Shown here piece after piece: positions 34,560 through 46,691 of a stretch of 64,000 bases of DNA. A program made the position numbers and the translations under genes. Location of the stretch: contig OZ286462.1 of the NCBI GenBank assembly GCA_965644265.1, positions 50,530,001 through 50,594,000 of the forward strand, written 5' to 3'. Each line of letters opens with the position of its first letter. Within the stretch, counting starts at the first letter, position 1. This DNA is from Glycera tridactyla. Its lineage: Eukaryota. Under the pieces are notes generated by a model. It made no database searches and was not told the DNA's origin. It saw nothing but the letters and a program-made list of their open reading frames with translations.

Positions 34560-35690
34560 CCATGATTCGAAGATATCATGGGACTGCTCACATTGTCGTT
34601 AGAAATGGTCTACCAAATGAGGTGGTATATCATCAGAGGCATATTCAACTAAGATGGAAACCTGCCATCCAAAAATGGTCTCCCATCAGAGGTGGTTTTC
34701 ATCAGGGTCATCGCTGGTTTTGCTATATTGGAACAGTGTGGGACCAATGACAACAACCTGAATGTCAATTATGAGTTTTCCGATACAGATGACAATTAAT
34801 GGAAACGCAGGGATATACTATGCTAGAAGGTGATTATCTTCGAGTCATAATTTCAACCAGTATTTGAGAATTCCTCACCTTAATTCGTAAAATTGAGTTG
34901 CCCAAAATAGGAGCAACCTGCGTATTCTTTTGACCTTGAGTGTCTCCCATCAAACAAGTGAAACATTAATAAAACTGCTGAATGATTCAAGATATTTTTA
35001 ACTTGTAATATAGTGGATTGAAGGTCATTGTGGTCTGTGTGGAGTTGGGGTTCTCGTCTACACAAGTTGAACCTGGTGCCAGCGTGGTAGGCTTGATTGA
35101 AAGCTTTCTTTGAGAGTAATGTTTTCTCTAATCCATTCTGTTTATCATGGACTGCCTTTGTCCGTAATAGGAAGTGCTCGCCGCCAACCACATCCGCCAC
35201 CAACACAATGCTATTCATTTTATTTTCACTATCAGGAGTGGGAATTTTCTACCATCATCATCCTGTATCTTGGCAGAGAAATGTAGCAAAAAATGATGAT
35301 GAATCATTGCAACTTCAATCCCTGAATGATGAGCATATGCACAGTTGAACCTGCTCAAGAGACCACCTGAATACAGAGGCCAGCTTGAGTGGTGTCTGTG
35401 TTGATATTTTCTACCATAAACAATATCCCTACCTAGCCCTACAATGGCTGGCAGTGCAGTCAACACTTTCAATAATAAGAGAGATGACACCTTGAGTGTA
35501 TGTGAATATCATAAATTTTTGTTTGCTGTTGAGGCCCCCCCCCCCCCTCCCCCAGAAGGAGTCTTGAATAATCTCACCCATTCCTATTATATATATAGCT
35601 CATATGGCACTAACCAGAACCAACCAACCAACAATATCAAACCCACCTGTCTACATATCCCACTTCTTGATTGACCATGGTGAACATTGT

Positions 35691-35878
35691 NNNNNNNNNN
35701 NNNNNNNNNNNNNNNNNNNNNNNNNNNNNNNNNNNNNNNNNNNNNNNNNNNNNNNNNNNNNNNNNNNNNNNNNNNNNNNNNNNNNNNNNNNNNNNNNNNN
35801 NNNNNNNNNNNNNNNNNNNNNNNNNNNNNNNNNNNNNNNNNNNNNNNNNNNNNNNNNNNNNNNNNNNNNNNNNNNNNN
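35691..35878. other. Assembly gap
   Basis: N run. Confidence 1.
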
Positions 35879-37287
35879 TGGAAATATACAAATTACAAAG
35901 AATGCAATCAATATATTCGTAATTGCAGATGGTTCCACACAGAAACATGATACTCTTCTACCAGCTCAAAATTGGCTTGTTTCCTTATAGATATCAATGA
36001 GACTGCCCAGCATGGGAACACCTGAATATTTTCTGGATGTATACATTCAGGCAGTCATTTCTTAATGTATTTTATATTTGCCTTTGCAAGAGTAACACTG
36101 TAACACAACCAAGATAAACATTAGCTGTCCAGTTTATGCCTTTGAAGATGGAAACCTTGCAAAACCTGTTACAAAGTACACCATCTATACAACTTCTGTT
36201 TTGCTTACCATAGTTTAGCTCACCAGCCTGAGAAGTTCAGATTTCCAATAAGTGGATGGATTTGACTTTATTTCTTGGTATTCATCTCAACAAAACCCAA
36301 ATATCATTGATTGTCCAACAAATGTGGGTGGGACCACTTTGATAGATAATGATGATGTTGACACATTCTCATCTTCAAGGTCAAAGCAATCATCTCAACA
36401 AATAAATAGATCAGCAATGCCATTAATTGTAGACACTGTTTAGATTACACAGCTTGTAGTAATTTCTTGACTTTCCATTTTGCAGACTGGAATAGTATAC
36501 CCTACAATAGGATTACATTTATTGATAATAGGAAGATTGTGAATTAATACTCCAACCTAGATTAAGAATGAAATCTGTCCATAAACAGGAATGATTGCTT
36601 GTAAGCTCAGGATATGCAAAGAACTCCAATTACTTGTAGGTGAAGCTCAAAATACATGAGGAACATCAGATTGCGAAGCATGAAAATTTCTCTCCGATGA
36701 GTTCCTTCTAGATAGCAACCAGAAATATAGGATGACATTCTGGGTTGTTAATGCATATCATGTATAATTTCCATATTGGAAAAAATGGAAGAAATCAGAG
36801 ATTATAACAGCTGATGACAAATTCCTTATTAACGATGAGACAGCTCCAATTTCCAATTCAGGAGTACTATTTTTGTCTATCTTACTGACAGAAACCGTCT
36901 TGTGATAGACCTCATTCATGAGGTGAAATTTCATGAGATGAAATGTAACTTTCACCCATCTGAACGGCATGGAGTACAATTACAGGTATAGTCAGAACCT
37001 GCATGAGAGACCACCTCCACACAAAGGCCAGCTGCCTACAAAGAAAAGGCTAGCTCAACCTGTAACCAGGATAGTCTTTTGGGTTACCTTGGCATCACCG
37101 GTGACAGTGAAATTTCAGATTTCACCTCGCTGACATGCAAGATGAATGTGTGTTCAGGGCATCCAACGTTTTTCTTGGATGGTCTTTCTCTACAACGAAT
37201 AGGCTTTTCAAAGACCACACGACTCAGGTCATTTCTCAATGTGACCAAGAGAGGTCTTTGTGGACAGGTTTGACTGCACGGTATCAA

Positions 37288-37469
37288 TACAGTGAAACCT
37301 GTCTTGGGAGACCCCTCTTTTGGGAGACCACCCTCTAATGGGAGACCGCTCTTCATCGGCTCTACTCTATTTGACATAGTCAAATATACCTCCAATGAGA
37401 GACCACCTGTCTTGAAAGACCACTTTTCGATAGCATTTGGGGCGGTCTCCCAAGACAGGTTTTACTGTA
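37288..37469 (+). mobile_element. 182-bp TA-flanked MITE (GAGACC subfamily)
   Basis: TACAGTGAAACCTGTCTTGGGAGACC / GGTCTCCCAAGACAGGTTTTACTGTA; central TATTTGAC-ata-GTCAAATA. Preceded by a partial MITE ending at ~37278. Confidence 0.92.
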
Positions 37470-37990
37470 CCTAGATGTCAATGTGAGAAATGGCTAGAGA
37501 TATTGTGGAATCTGCTGTAGAGACCTGGCCCCTCAGGTCTGTGATCTCGTCAACATAATGAATGTCATTTGAGATGGCCACCTGAACCTGGTGATATTTT
37601 CTGCCTATTTCACCTTGCTGTAATGATACACCCCATACTGCATCTAATTGCATGATTATCAGTTCCCAGCACACATGTCAGCCTTGATACGATGCTCATA
37701 TTTGCTCAGGTTTGACATGGAGATGATTGGCGGTTCACCCACAACACCTCAAATAGAAATATTTGCATTGCTTCTTCTCCATGTCGCGATGGGCTAATTG
37801 AAAATCATGATAGACCAAGGTATAATGGTTATATGTTTATTTCTTCCAAGTAAATTCATCACATTTAGAGCAAAAATGGGGGCCATCGACCATGCATATA
37901 GAATTGACTTTTTGGCACTTCGAGATTGAATAGCAACTTCCAAAGTCTTTGTCACCATTTATCACTGTATTTGCTGTTGTCAGTCTCACA

Positions 37991-39744
37991 TACTGTATAT
38001 GGCCAATTCTCCCAAATTGGGGCCAAAAAATGGCAGATAGGGTCACTTTTTCAAACAATCCTGTTTGATAAACCATTATTGCCATACAGTTCCACCACTT
38101 GTTGGGTCTTTATACCAAAAAAGTCGGGGAGATCTGCTGAGCCAAAAAATAATTATCACTGTTTTCATGAGTGGGGGTCATCAGCCGTTGCGTATGTTAC
38201 TTTTTTATAAGAATCTCTCAAAAACACTCATAAATTGCTCAGAATTAACATTTATCATTATAAATCAATAAACTTTGTTCCAGGATGTCATTCTACACTA
38301 CTTATTTCCTTCTCAAGGTCAGTCATTCAAAAAGATTTGAGCCAGAAATACAATGTCCGTCCTCAATCCTCAGGCGCTGTCTCTAAGTTTTTTTTTCTAA
38401 GCAATTACAATAAGCATAAGTACCAAACTCATTATTCAAATTGAATACATATTGATGAGATGATGGGAACAGGGTTTTGTCATTCTCTGGAAAAGTTGAG
38501 AAGTAATGAACATCATCTTATATGTATGTTATTTTATGTGACGTATGTTACTGCTGACGCCATTTTTTTACACCTGAGTTATCTCATGTAAATTTCATTC
38601 AGTAATTGCCACCAAAAGTAGCTAGTAGCTACATTTATCTTCACAGTAACCCAAATTTACATAATATCATTGAATAGGCTTGAAAACATTTGGACTTTCC
38701 AAGTTATCTGATTTTATATGACCACTCTCAAGAAAAAAAGTTAAGGATAACATACATATTGGGTTGTAGCTCGTGCAGATCATGTCAAAATAACATACAT
38801 ATGCTCACATCATCCATATTCCTATACCACAGTGATCATTTGTGACTATCAGTGGATGAAAAAGCATGGATCATCCAAATGTTGAGCAACCGTCCAACAA
38901 GGTCAACTTTATCCTGAGATCCCTTGGCTTAGTATCACCTAGTATATATATGTATGTTATGCAAAGTTTGCATGTTACTATAATTTTTCAATTGACATTC
39001 ATGCACTTTTTTATCAACTATAAACCAAATTATGAACTAAACCGGAAAAATATATAGTGTCATGAATGCATGGGGATCACATTTAAAGGAGTGATCAATC
39101 CAAGATGGCACCTGTTGCTTGTAAACATGCTAAAACTCTGACCATAGGTATGTTATCCATTGACGGAAATGTCACCCTTTAAGTGCCAAATCATTTTTTA
39201 GAGGTTTTTTATCACCTTGTTGATTCTTTTGAGCACTGGGTTGGTCATTGTAACCATATTTTCAAATGATCTGATGGTGATACACGAGTTGATTCATAGC
39301 AGAAATCAGTGGGATTGAATGGTGAACTTGCACTCAAAAATTGACGGAATGGTAGTAACATACTGTGACGCAGTTCAGAGATATCAGGGAGCTATTTATC
39401 TCTAACATTTGACATGTCCCAAGGTTGTAAAATGGAGCCCTGCTATCGATTGTCAAGACTGAGTATGTTTGAGATCTTGGGATTATCTCAATTTGATATA
39501 GCACATCACCAAAGTAGGGTGGGGTCTGGTGTTACGTCTTGTGCGGTCAAAAATGGCCAATTTTGGCCATTAAATTGCCTCTAACTTCACCAAAATTAGA
39601 GATATTCCTATCAAAATTGGACCAACTATTGTTTGAATCACATTACATCAGTCACCATGTCCAAATTCTGGTTAAAAGCTGCTGAATTTACATAAGATAC
39701 ATTTTTCGGTAGCTGGCCCCAATTTCGGAGAATTGGCCATATAC
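37991..39744. mobile_element. ~1.75-kb non-autonomous TIR DNA element (element X)
   Basis: 31-bp inverted repeats 37995-38025 and 39714-39744 (30/31 match); the left end begins TA|CTGTATA. No transposase ORF. Confidence 0.6.
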
Positions 39745-40609
39745 TCTCACATAAGCCTTCTCCACATATAAGCCGGGGGTACGATTTCGCCTTCAAAAGT
39801 CGGGATTTAGTCAATTATTCGAATATAAGCCGGAGTGTCATGATACATCAAAGACAACTGTGTAGAGAAGCCATTCGCGGCTTACCCTGACTACTGTTCA
39901 TTCTTTCGCGCCTTCATACTTCACTGATTCATGGATACAATCCATGTTGAGGTGATCTCCGCCACTGAAAACACATGTCTAGGCCAAGTGAGCATGTATT
40001 TCGCAATAAAAACGAAAGGCTGGCTTCTCCAACATCGATTTGGGTGCCATTGTTGAGTCATGTGACCAGGCTGGCATTGCCGGAAATACGTCATATGTAC
40101 TTGATAAATTATGCAAATTGTTTTTTTTCTCCTGCTTGGCCATATTTGGTCATCATCGATCATGTGACACAATGATTGATCGAAATGGTGGAACACAATT
40201 GGATTGTTATACAGGCATTGTTTTCATCACATTTATGGCAAATTTGTCGGGATTTCCTACCAAACGATCACTAAACATGCCAGAAGAGTTGATATATGTG
40301 CTTTTGGGACACCCGGCAAGTATACCCTGATACGTCTGTACTCTTGTTAGATTCCGTGTTATAAAATTATTAATTTCTCAATAACCACACCACAAATCGA
40401 CTAAAGTCTTATGGCATGCGGAATATAACAATATTGCTGACAAATGTTCTGTATCGATAAGCTTTTTTGTCCCCCGCCGGAACACCGGAAGGGGGACTAT
40501 AAAATAGTGGGCGTCTGTCCGTCTGTCCGTCTGTCCGTCCGTCCGTCCGTCCGTCCGTCCGTCCGTCCGTCCGTCCGTCCCTTGTCCGTCCGGTGTCCGT
40601 CCGTCCGCC

Positions 40610-43290
40610 AACTTTGCGGAACCAGTATCTCTGGAACCGCTGCACCGATTTACACCAAATCAAGTTTCCTGGAAGCATCTTGATGTGTAGATGTGCACTG
40701 GCACGTTTATTCTGGATTTGGGCATGTGATTGCCTGCCCCACGGGCAGGTGAAATGTGAGAAACTTCAGGATGTCATCAGGATTTTGCGGAACTCATATC
40801 TCCACTATGGCTGCACCAATTCACACCAAATCAAGTTTCCTGGAAGCGTCTTGATGTGTAGGTGTGCACTGGCATGTTTATTCTGGATTTGGGCATGTGA
40901 TTGCCTGCCCACGGGCAGGTGAAATGTGAAAAACTTCAGGATGTCATCAGGATTTTGCGGAACTCATATCTCCACTATGGCTGCACCAATTCACACCAAA
41001 TCAAGTTTCCTGGAAGCGTCTTGATGTGTAGGTGTGCACTGGCATGTTTATTCTGGATTTGGGCATGTGATTGCCTGCCCACGGGCAGGTGAAATGTGAG
41101 AAACTTCAGGATGTCATCAGGATTTTGCGGAACTCATATCTCCACTATGGCTGCACCAATTCACACCAAATCAAGTTTCCTGGAAGCGTCTTGATGTGTA
41201 GGTGTGCACTGGCATGTTTATTCTGGATTTGGGCATGTGATTGCCTGCCCACGGGCAGGTGAAATGTGAGAAACTTCAGGATGTCATCAGGATTTTGCGG
41301 AACTCATATCTCCACTATGGCTGCACCAATTCACACCAAATCAAGTTTCCTGGAAGCGTCTTGATGTGTAGGTGTGCACTGGCATGTTTATTCTGGATTT
41401 GGGCATGTGATTGCCTGCCCACGGGCAGGTGAAATGTGAAAAACTTCAGGATGTCATCAGGATTTTGCGGAACTCATATCTCCACTATGGCTGCACCAAT
41501 TCACACCAAATCAAGTTTCCTGGAAGCGTCTTGATGTGTAGGTGTGCACTGGCATGTTTATTCTGGATTTGGGCATGTGATTGCCTGCCCACGGGCAGGT
41601 GAAATGTGAAAAACTTCAGTATGTCATCAGGATTTTGCGGAACTCATATCTCCACAATGGCTGAACCATTTCACACCAAATCAAGTTTCCTGGAAGCGTC
41701 TTGATGTGTAGGTGTGCACTGGCATGTTTATTCTGGATTTGGGCATGTGATTGCCTGCCCAAGGGCAGGTTAAATGTGAAAAACTTCTGGATGTCATCAG
41801 GATTTTGCGGAACTCATATCTCCACAATGGCTGCACCGATTCACACCTAATCAAGTTTCCTGGAAGCGTCTTGATGTGTAGGTGTGGACTGGCCTTTTTT
41901 TTCGGGATTTGGGCATGTGATTGCCTGCCCCACGGGCAGGTGAAATGTGAAAAACTTCAGGATGTCATCAGGATTTTGCGGAACTCATATCTCCACTATG
42001 GCTGCACCAATTCACACCAAATCAAGTTTCCTGGAAGCGTCTTGATGTGCAGGTGTGCACTGGCATGTTTATTCTGGATTTGGGCATGTGATTGCCTGCC
42101 CACGGGCAGGTGAAATGTGAAAAACTTCAGGATGTCATCAGGATTTTGCGGAACTCATATCTCCACTATGGCTGCACCAATTCACACCAAATCAAGTTTC
42201 CTGGAAGCGTCTTGATGTGTAGGTGTGCACTGGCATGTTTATTCTGGATTTGGGCATGTGATTGCCTGCCCAAGGGCAGGTTAAATGTGAAAAACTTCAG
42301 GATGTCATCAGGATTTTGCGGAACTCATATCTCCACTATGGCTGCACCAATTCACACCAAATCAAGTTTCCTGGAAGCGTCTTGATGTGCAGGTGTGCAC
42401 TGGCATGTTTATTCTGGATTTGGGCATGTGATTGCCTGCCCAAGGGCAGGTTAAATGTGAAAAACTTCTGGATGTCATCAGGATTTTGCGGAACTCATAT
42501 CTCCACTATGGCTGCACCGATTCACACCTAATCAAGTTTCCTGGAAGCGTCTTGATGTGTAGGTGTGCACTGGCCTTTTTTTTCGGGATTTGGGCATGTG
42601 ATTGCCTGCCCCACGGGCAGGTGAAATGTGAAAAACTTCAGGATGTCATCAGGATTTTGCGGAACTCATATCTCCACTATGGCTGCACCAATTCACACCA
42701 AATCAAGTTTCCTGGAAGCGTCTTGATGTGCAGGTGTGCACTGGCATGTTTATTCTGGATTTGGGCATGTGATTGCCTGCCCAAGGGCAGGTTAAATGTG
42801 AAAAACTTCTGGATGTCATCAGGATTTTGCGGAACTCATATCTCCACTATGGCTGCACCGATTCACACCTAATCAAGTTTCCTGGAAGCGTCTTGATGTG
42901 TAGGTGTGCACTGGCCTTTTTTTTCGGGATTTGGGCATGTGATTGCCTGCCCCACGGGCAGGTGAAATGTGAAAAACTTCAGGATGTCATCAGGATTTTG
43001 CGGAACTCATATCTCCACTATGGCTGCACCAATTCACACCAAATCAAGTTTCCTGGAAGCGTCTTGATGTGCAGGTGTGCACTGGCATGTTTATTCTGGA
43101 TTTGGGCATGTGATTGCCTGCCCACGGGCAGGTGAAATGTGAAAAACTTCAGGATGTCATCAGGATTTTGCGGAATTCATATCTCCACAATGGCTGCACC
43201 AATTCACACCAAATCAAGTTTCCTGGAAGCATCTTGATGTGTAGGTGTGCACTGGCATGTTTATTCTGGATTTGGGCATGTGATTGCCTG
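40610..43290 (+). repeat. 170/171-bp tandem satellite, ~16 well-conserved copies, degenerating to ~44720
   Basis: Unit starts recur at 170-171-bp spacing (e.g. 40901, 41071, 41241, 41411); internal hairpin CCTGCCC-AC-GGGCAGG. Confidence 0.97.
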
Positions 43291-44043
43291 CCCACGCTAG
43301 CATGCTTATTATGGTTTTTGGCCTTTAATTGGCTGCAGCAGGTGAAATATCTGAAAAACTTCAGGATAGTACATGCTTCCATCAAGCTTATGCGGAACTC
43401 ATATCTCCATACCTGCTGCCCCGATCAACACCGATCAACACCCAATCAAGTTTCCTGGAAGCGTCTTGATGTGTAGGTGTGCACTGGCACATTTATTCTG
43501 GATTTGGGCATGTGATGGGTTGCCCATGGACAGTTGAAATGTCTGAAAAACTTCAGCATGGTATACACTCTCATCAAGATTTTGCGGAACTCATATCTCC
43601 ACAATGGCTGCACCGATTCACACCAAATCAAGTTTCCTAGAAGTGCCGTGATGTGTGGGTGTGCACTGGCCCATTTATTCTGGTGTCGGCCATTTGATGG
43701 GCTGCCCTTGGGCAGGTGAAATGTCTGAATGCTAGGCACTCCCATCCACACTTTGCAGAACTCATATCTCCTCAACCGCTCCACCGATTCACACAAAATG
43801 AAGTTTTCCTGAAGCGTCCTGATGTGTAGGTGTGCACTGGCAGATTTATTACAGATTTGTACATGCAATGGGCTGCCCATGGGCAGTTGGAATATCTGAA
43901 GGACTTCAATATGGCATGCACTCTTATTCAGACTTAATGGAACGCATCTCTCTAAAACGGCTTCACCGATCCACATTGAATGAACTTTCCCTGAAGTGCC
44001 TTGATGTGTAGCTGTGCACTGACATCTTTATCATGGGTGTGGG

Positions 44044-44455
44044 TAGTAGTGGGCCGATGATTGGACAATAACCGATGATTGATTGGAATCAGTACCAATT
44101 CTGATGATTGGTTGGAAAAATTTGCAATCGATTACAATCGGTTCAGTACATATGAGATCACTCTTCATGCATGCAAATGCTAGAAAATTGGATATTCTGC
44201 TAAATTACAATGTGCCTGGCTGCATTCAGGCTCATCTCTTTGATACATTCAGTATTGGGAGCACTAGTATGGGCAAATGTGCACAAACTAAGTGTTGCAT
44301 TTTTCTTCCACTCAAGTAAGGATCACCAGAACCATGTCTCCAATCCCCCCAGTGACTGACAGAATGCAGGATGGCCGAACCGATTGCAACCAATCATCGA
44401 TTGGTTCTGTCCAACCAATCATCAATTGTGAATTTGCAACCGATTCCCAACACTA
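44044..44455. mobile_element. 412-bp hAT-like MITE inserted into a degenerate satellite monomer
   Basis: Ends TAGTAGTGGG / CCCAACACTA (8/10 inverted match); 8-bp TSD GGTGTGGG (44036-44043) / GGTTTGGG (44456-44463); subterminal GATGATTGGTTG / CAACCAATCATC repeats. Confidence 0.75.
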
Positions 44456-46405
44456 GGTTTGGGCAAGTAATGGGTAGCATCGGCTGCTGCACCAATCCAC
44501 ACTGAATCAAACTTTCTGGAAACATCTTTTTGAAGAGCCTCAAACACTTCAGGATGGTATGCGCTGTGCAGAACCTATGTATTCAAAACAAATGCGCTGA
44601 TTCATACCAAATCATATCTTATTGATCTTTCTCATTGGTCATATGTGCACTGGCACATTTATTCTGGGTTTGGGCAAGTGCTGGGCTGCCCATGGGCATA
44701 CTTTAAACACTCCATAATGGCATGCACATTGTAGACCCCATATGAAGAAAACCAACACATTTTTTCTGCACAGTTCAGGAAGCAGAGGTGCTCACTGTAA
44801 TAGTCCCACATTGGCGGGGGACCCCGCATCACTGATGCCTTGTTTCAGCCTGTAACCTTGTAGAATTTGATGACATTTGCATGTGTTTTTGTTGGTATGA
44901 GCACCGGTTCTTTCGCCATCCAAGATGGCGGCGGCCGCTAGCGAAACCCCACCAAAGCTCTTCGTTCACGTTTTGCTCTGACCAAATTTATACTCGCATA
45001 TAAGCCTCCTCCCTCCTTTTCCCCTGATATTTTGGTCTCAAAAAATGGGCTCATATGCGAGTATACAGTAAGTTGAAACCAATGTCTCAATTTGGTTTAA
45101 CATACACTGTGCAGGGATGACCATGTTATGATTTATGGATTATAGCCTTCGTCAGAAGATTCAACTGCCTATAGACAAAGCATAGGTCAAAAGGCCTAAA
45201 TATATGACTGTAAGCTGTCCGTATGATATGACCAACATGGACTCGGTAGTTTTTATACCCCGCTAGAATACATCTGGAACAAGACTTCTGGATACATGTG
45301 GAGTGATGATTTTGTGATGAATTATTTGAAATCAGCAGCATTTTCTTGATGTGTCTAGTTGGAATTTCATGTCCTGATCATCATGGGTGACATACATACT
45401 TACATACCAAACACCCAATAGTCAAAATCTCAGAAGTCTTCCCAAAAAACTTTTTCAGCCACTTTCCCATCGGGAGGGCAGACGGGGAGAACTCTCTTAA
45501 GATGAATTCCCTATCCCAAATTTGTTTGAAAAATCTAAAAAGAAACCAACTAGGCAATCTTGAGAGCATGATATTTATGTGAGTGAACACTTTATCAAGA
45601 TATGCATTCGAAACTTATCTGTAATGCCAGTGAGTGCCTAAGTACCACTAACCCCATATTTGCTGAGGTTACAGAATCAAACTTGTGCACACATTTTCAG
45701 TCATCTCATAGAGCATATAATAGTTTTTTTGTTGGTGGGGGTCTAAAACTGCAGTATTCTGTCATCACAATGAATTCATCAATTTCTGATCAACTAAGAA
45801 ATTCACACACTACAATCGGGAGTGAGTTTGCTTTTTTAACACTCCTGAGACCAAATTCACTCTCCCTTGGTTTGGGAGAGTGGCTAACTTCAAAGATTGG
45901 TAAAGGTAAAAATACTATGAGCAAACAGAGGCCAGATGATATGTTCTCATGAGATAATTGGTATTCTCTTATCACATCTCGTTCGCTGTCGAGATGTGAC
46001 GTGAAACCTCTGAAGCAGTGAAAACCTTTTTTTTGTATTTTTATATACATAAGCTCCATCAACTTTTTTTTTTTGTATTTTCATTTACATAAGCTCCAAT
46101 ACCTTATCTGTATACACAAGCTCAAATCTGAATTTGGGATTTCACTTCTATATTATTGCATATGGAGATTTATGCACCATATGCAATGATTTCATTGAAT
46201 AGTTAGTGCACACCAATGTAATGAATGAAACCAGGACGTGTGCACGATAGATAAAAGTGACTGCTAAATATTGATCAATATTGGGCAAAAAAAATCCAGT
46301 TGGAATCGCAAAACTGTCTGCTCACAACAGATCTGAAGATGATCTGATGTGGGAAACAGGGATGGGCGGTAGGATGGATAGAGAGCAACGGTTGGATAGA
46401 TGGAT

Positions 46406-46446
46406 GCAGGCAGGCAGGCAAGCAGGCAAGCAGGCAGGCAGGCAGG
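46406..46446. repeat. (GCAG)n microsatellite
   Basis: Directly visible. Confidence 0.9.
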
Positions 46447-46548
46447 AAGGGAAAATCCAGTTTGAATTGCAATAGTGACTGTTTGAGACAGATATAGTAT
46501 CTAGATAGTACTGTGGCTGTTTGAGCAATTTAACTACATTTCCTTCTC

Positions 46549-46691
46549 NNNNNNNNNNNNNNNNNNNNNNNNNNNNNNNNNNNNNNNNNNNNNNNNNNNN
46601 NNNNNNNNNNNNNNNNNNNNNNNNNNNNNNNNNNNNNNNNNNNNNNNNNNNNNNNNNNNNNNNNNNNNNNNNNNNNNNNNNNNNNNNNNNN
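46549..46691. other. Assembly gap
   Basis: N run. Confidence 1.

Larger units (their letters stand above)
40463..44845 (+). mobile_element. Helentron/HINE (DINE-1-like) non-autonomous rolling-circle element with an internal satellite array
   Basis: T-run flanks; subterminal IR GTCCCCCGCC (40469-40478) / GGCGGGGGAC (44813-44822); 5' partner GGGGGAC (40491); (GTCC)n microsatellite 40512-40616; 3' hairpin GCATCA-C-TGATGC (44826-44838) then CTTGTTT. Confidence 0.85.
39740..45070. mobile_element. pogo/Tc-like non-autonomous element (element Y), interrupted by the HINE-like insertion
   Basis: Right end GGGCTCATATGCGAGTATACAG|TA, degenerate left end TATACTCTCACATAAGCC, internal repeats TATAAGCC(G) at 39767, 39824 and 44999. 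Confidence 0.5.

Noticed and set aside
36200-36979. Minus-strand frame with recurring TGA (two C-TGA-D motifs) as possible selenoprotein or readthrough
   Set aside because: TAA and TAG stops also interrupt the frame, there is no recognisable domain, and no SECIS is evident.
37292-37474. Similar peptides at 37292 (+) and 51877 (-) suggesting a duplicated small gene
   Set aside because: Both lie entirely within copies of a 182-bp MITE.
40610-43290. Possible CRISPR-like array
   Set aside because: Contiguous full-length tandem monomers with no unique spacers, no cas genes, and a eukaryotic context.
40593-43976. Series of 63-176-aa Cys-rich ORFs (MPAHGQVKCEK...)
   Set aside because: They are translations of the 170-bp satellite; the period is not a multiple of 3 and the frames shift from unit to unit.
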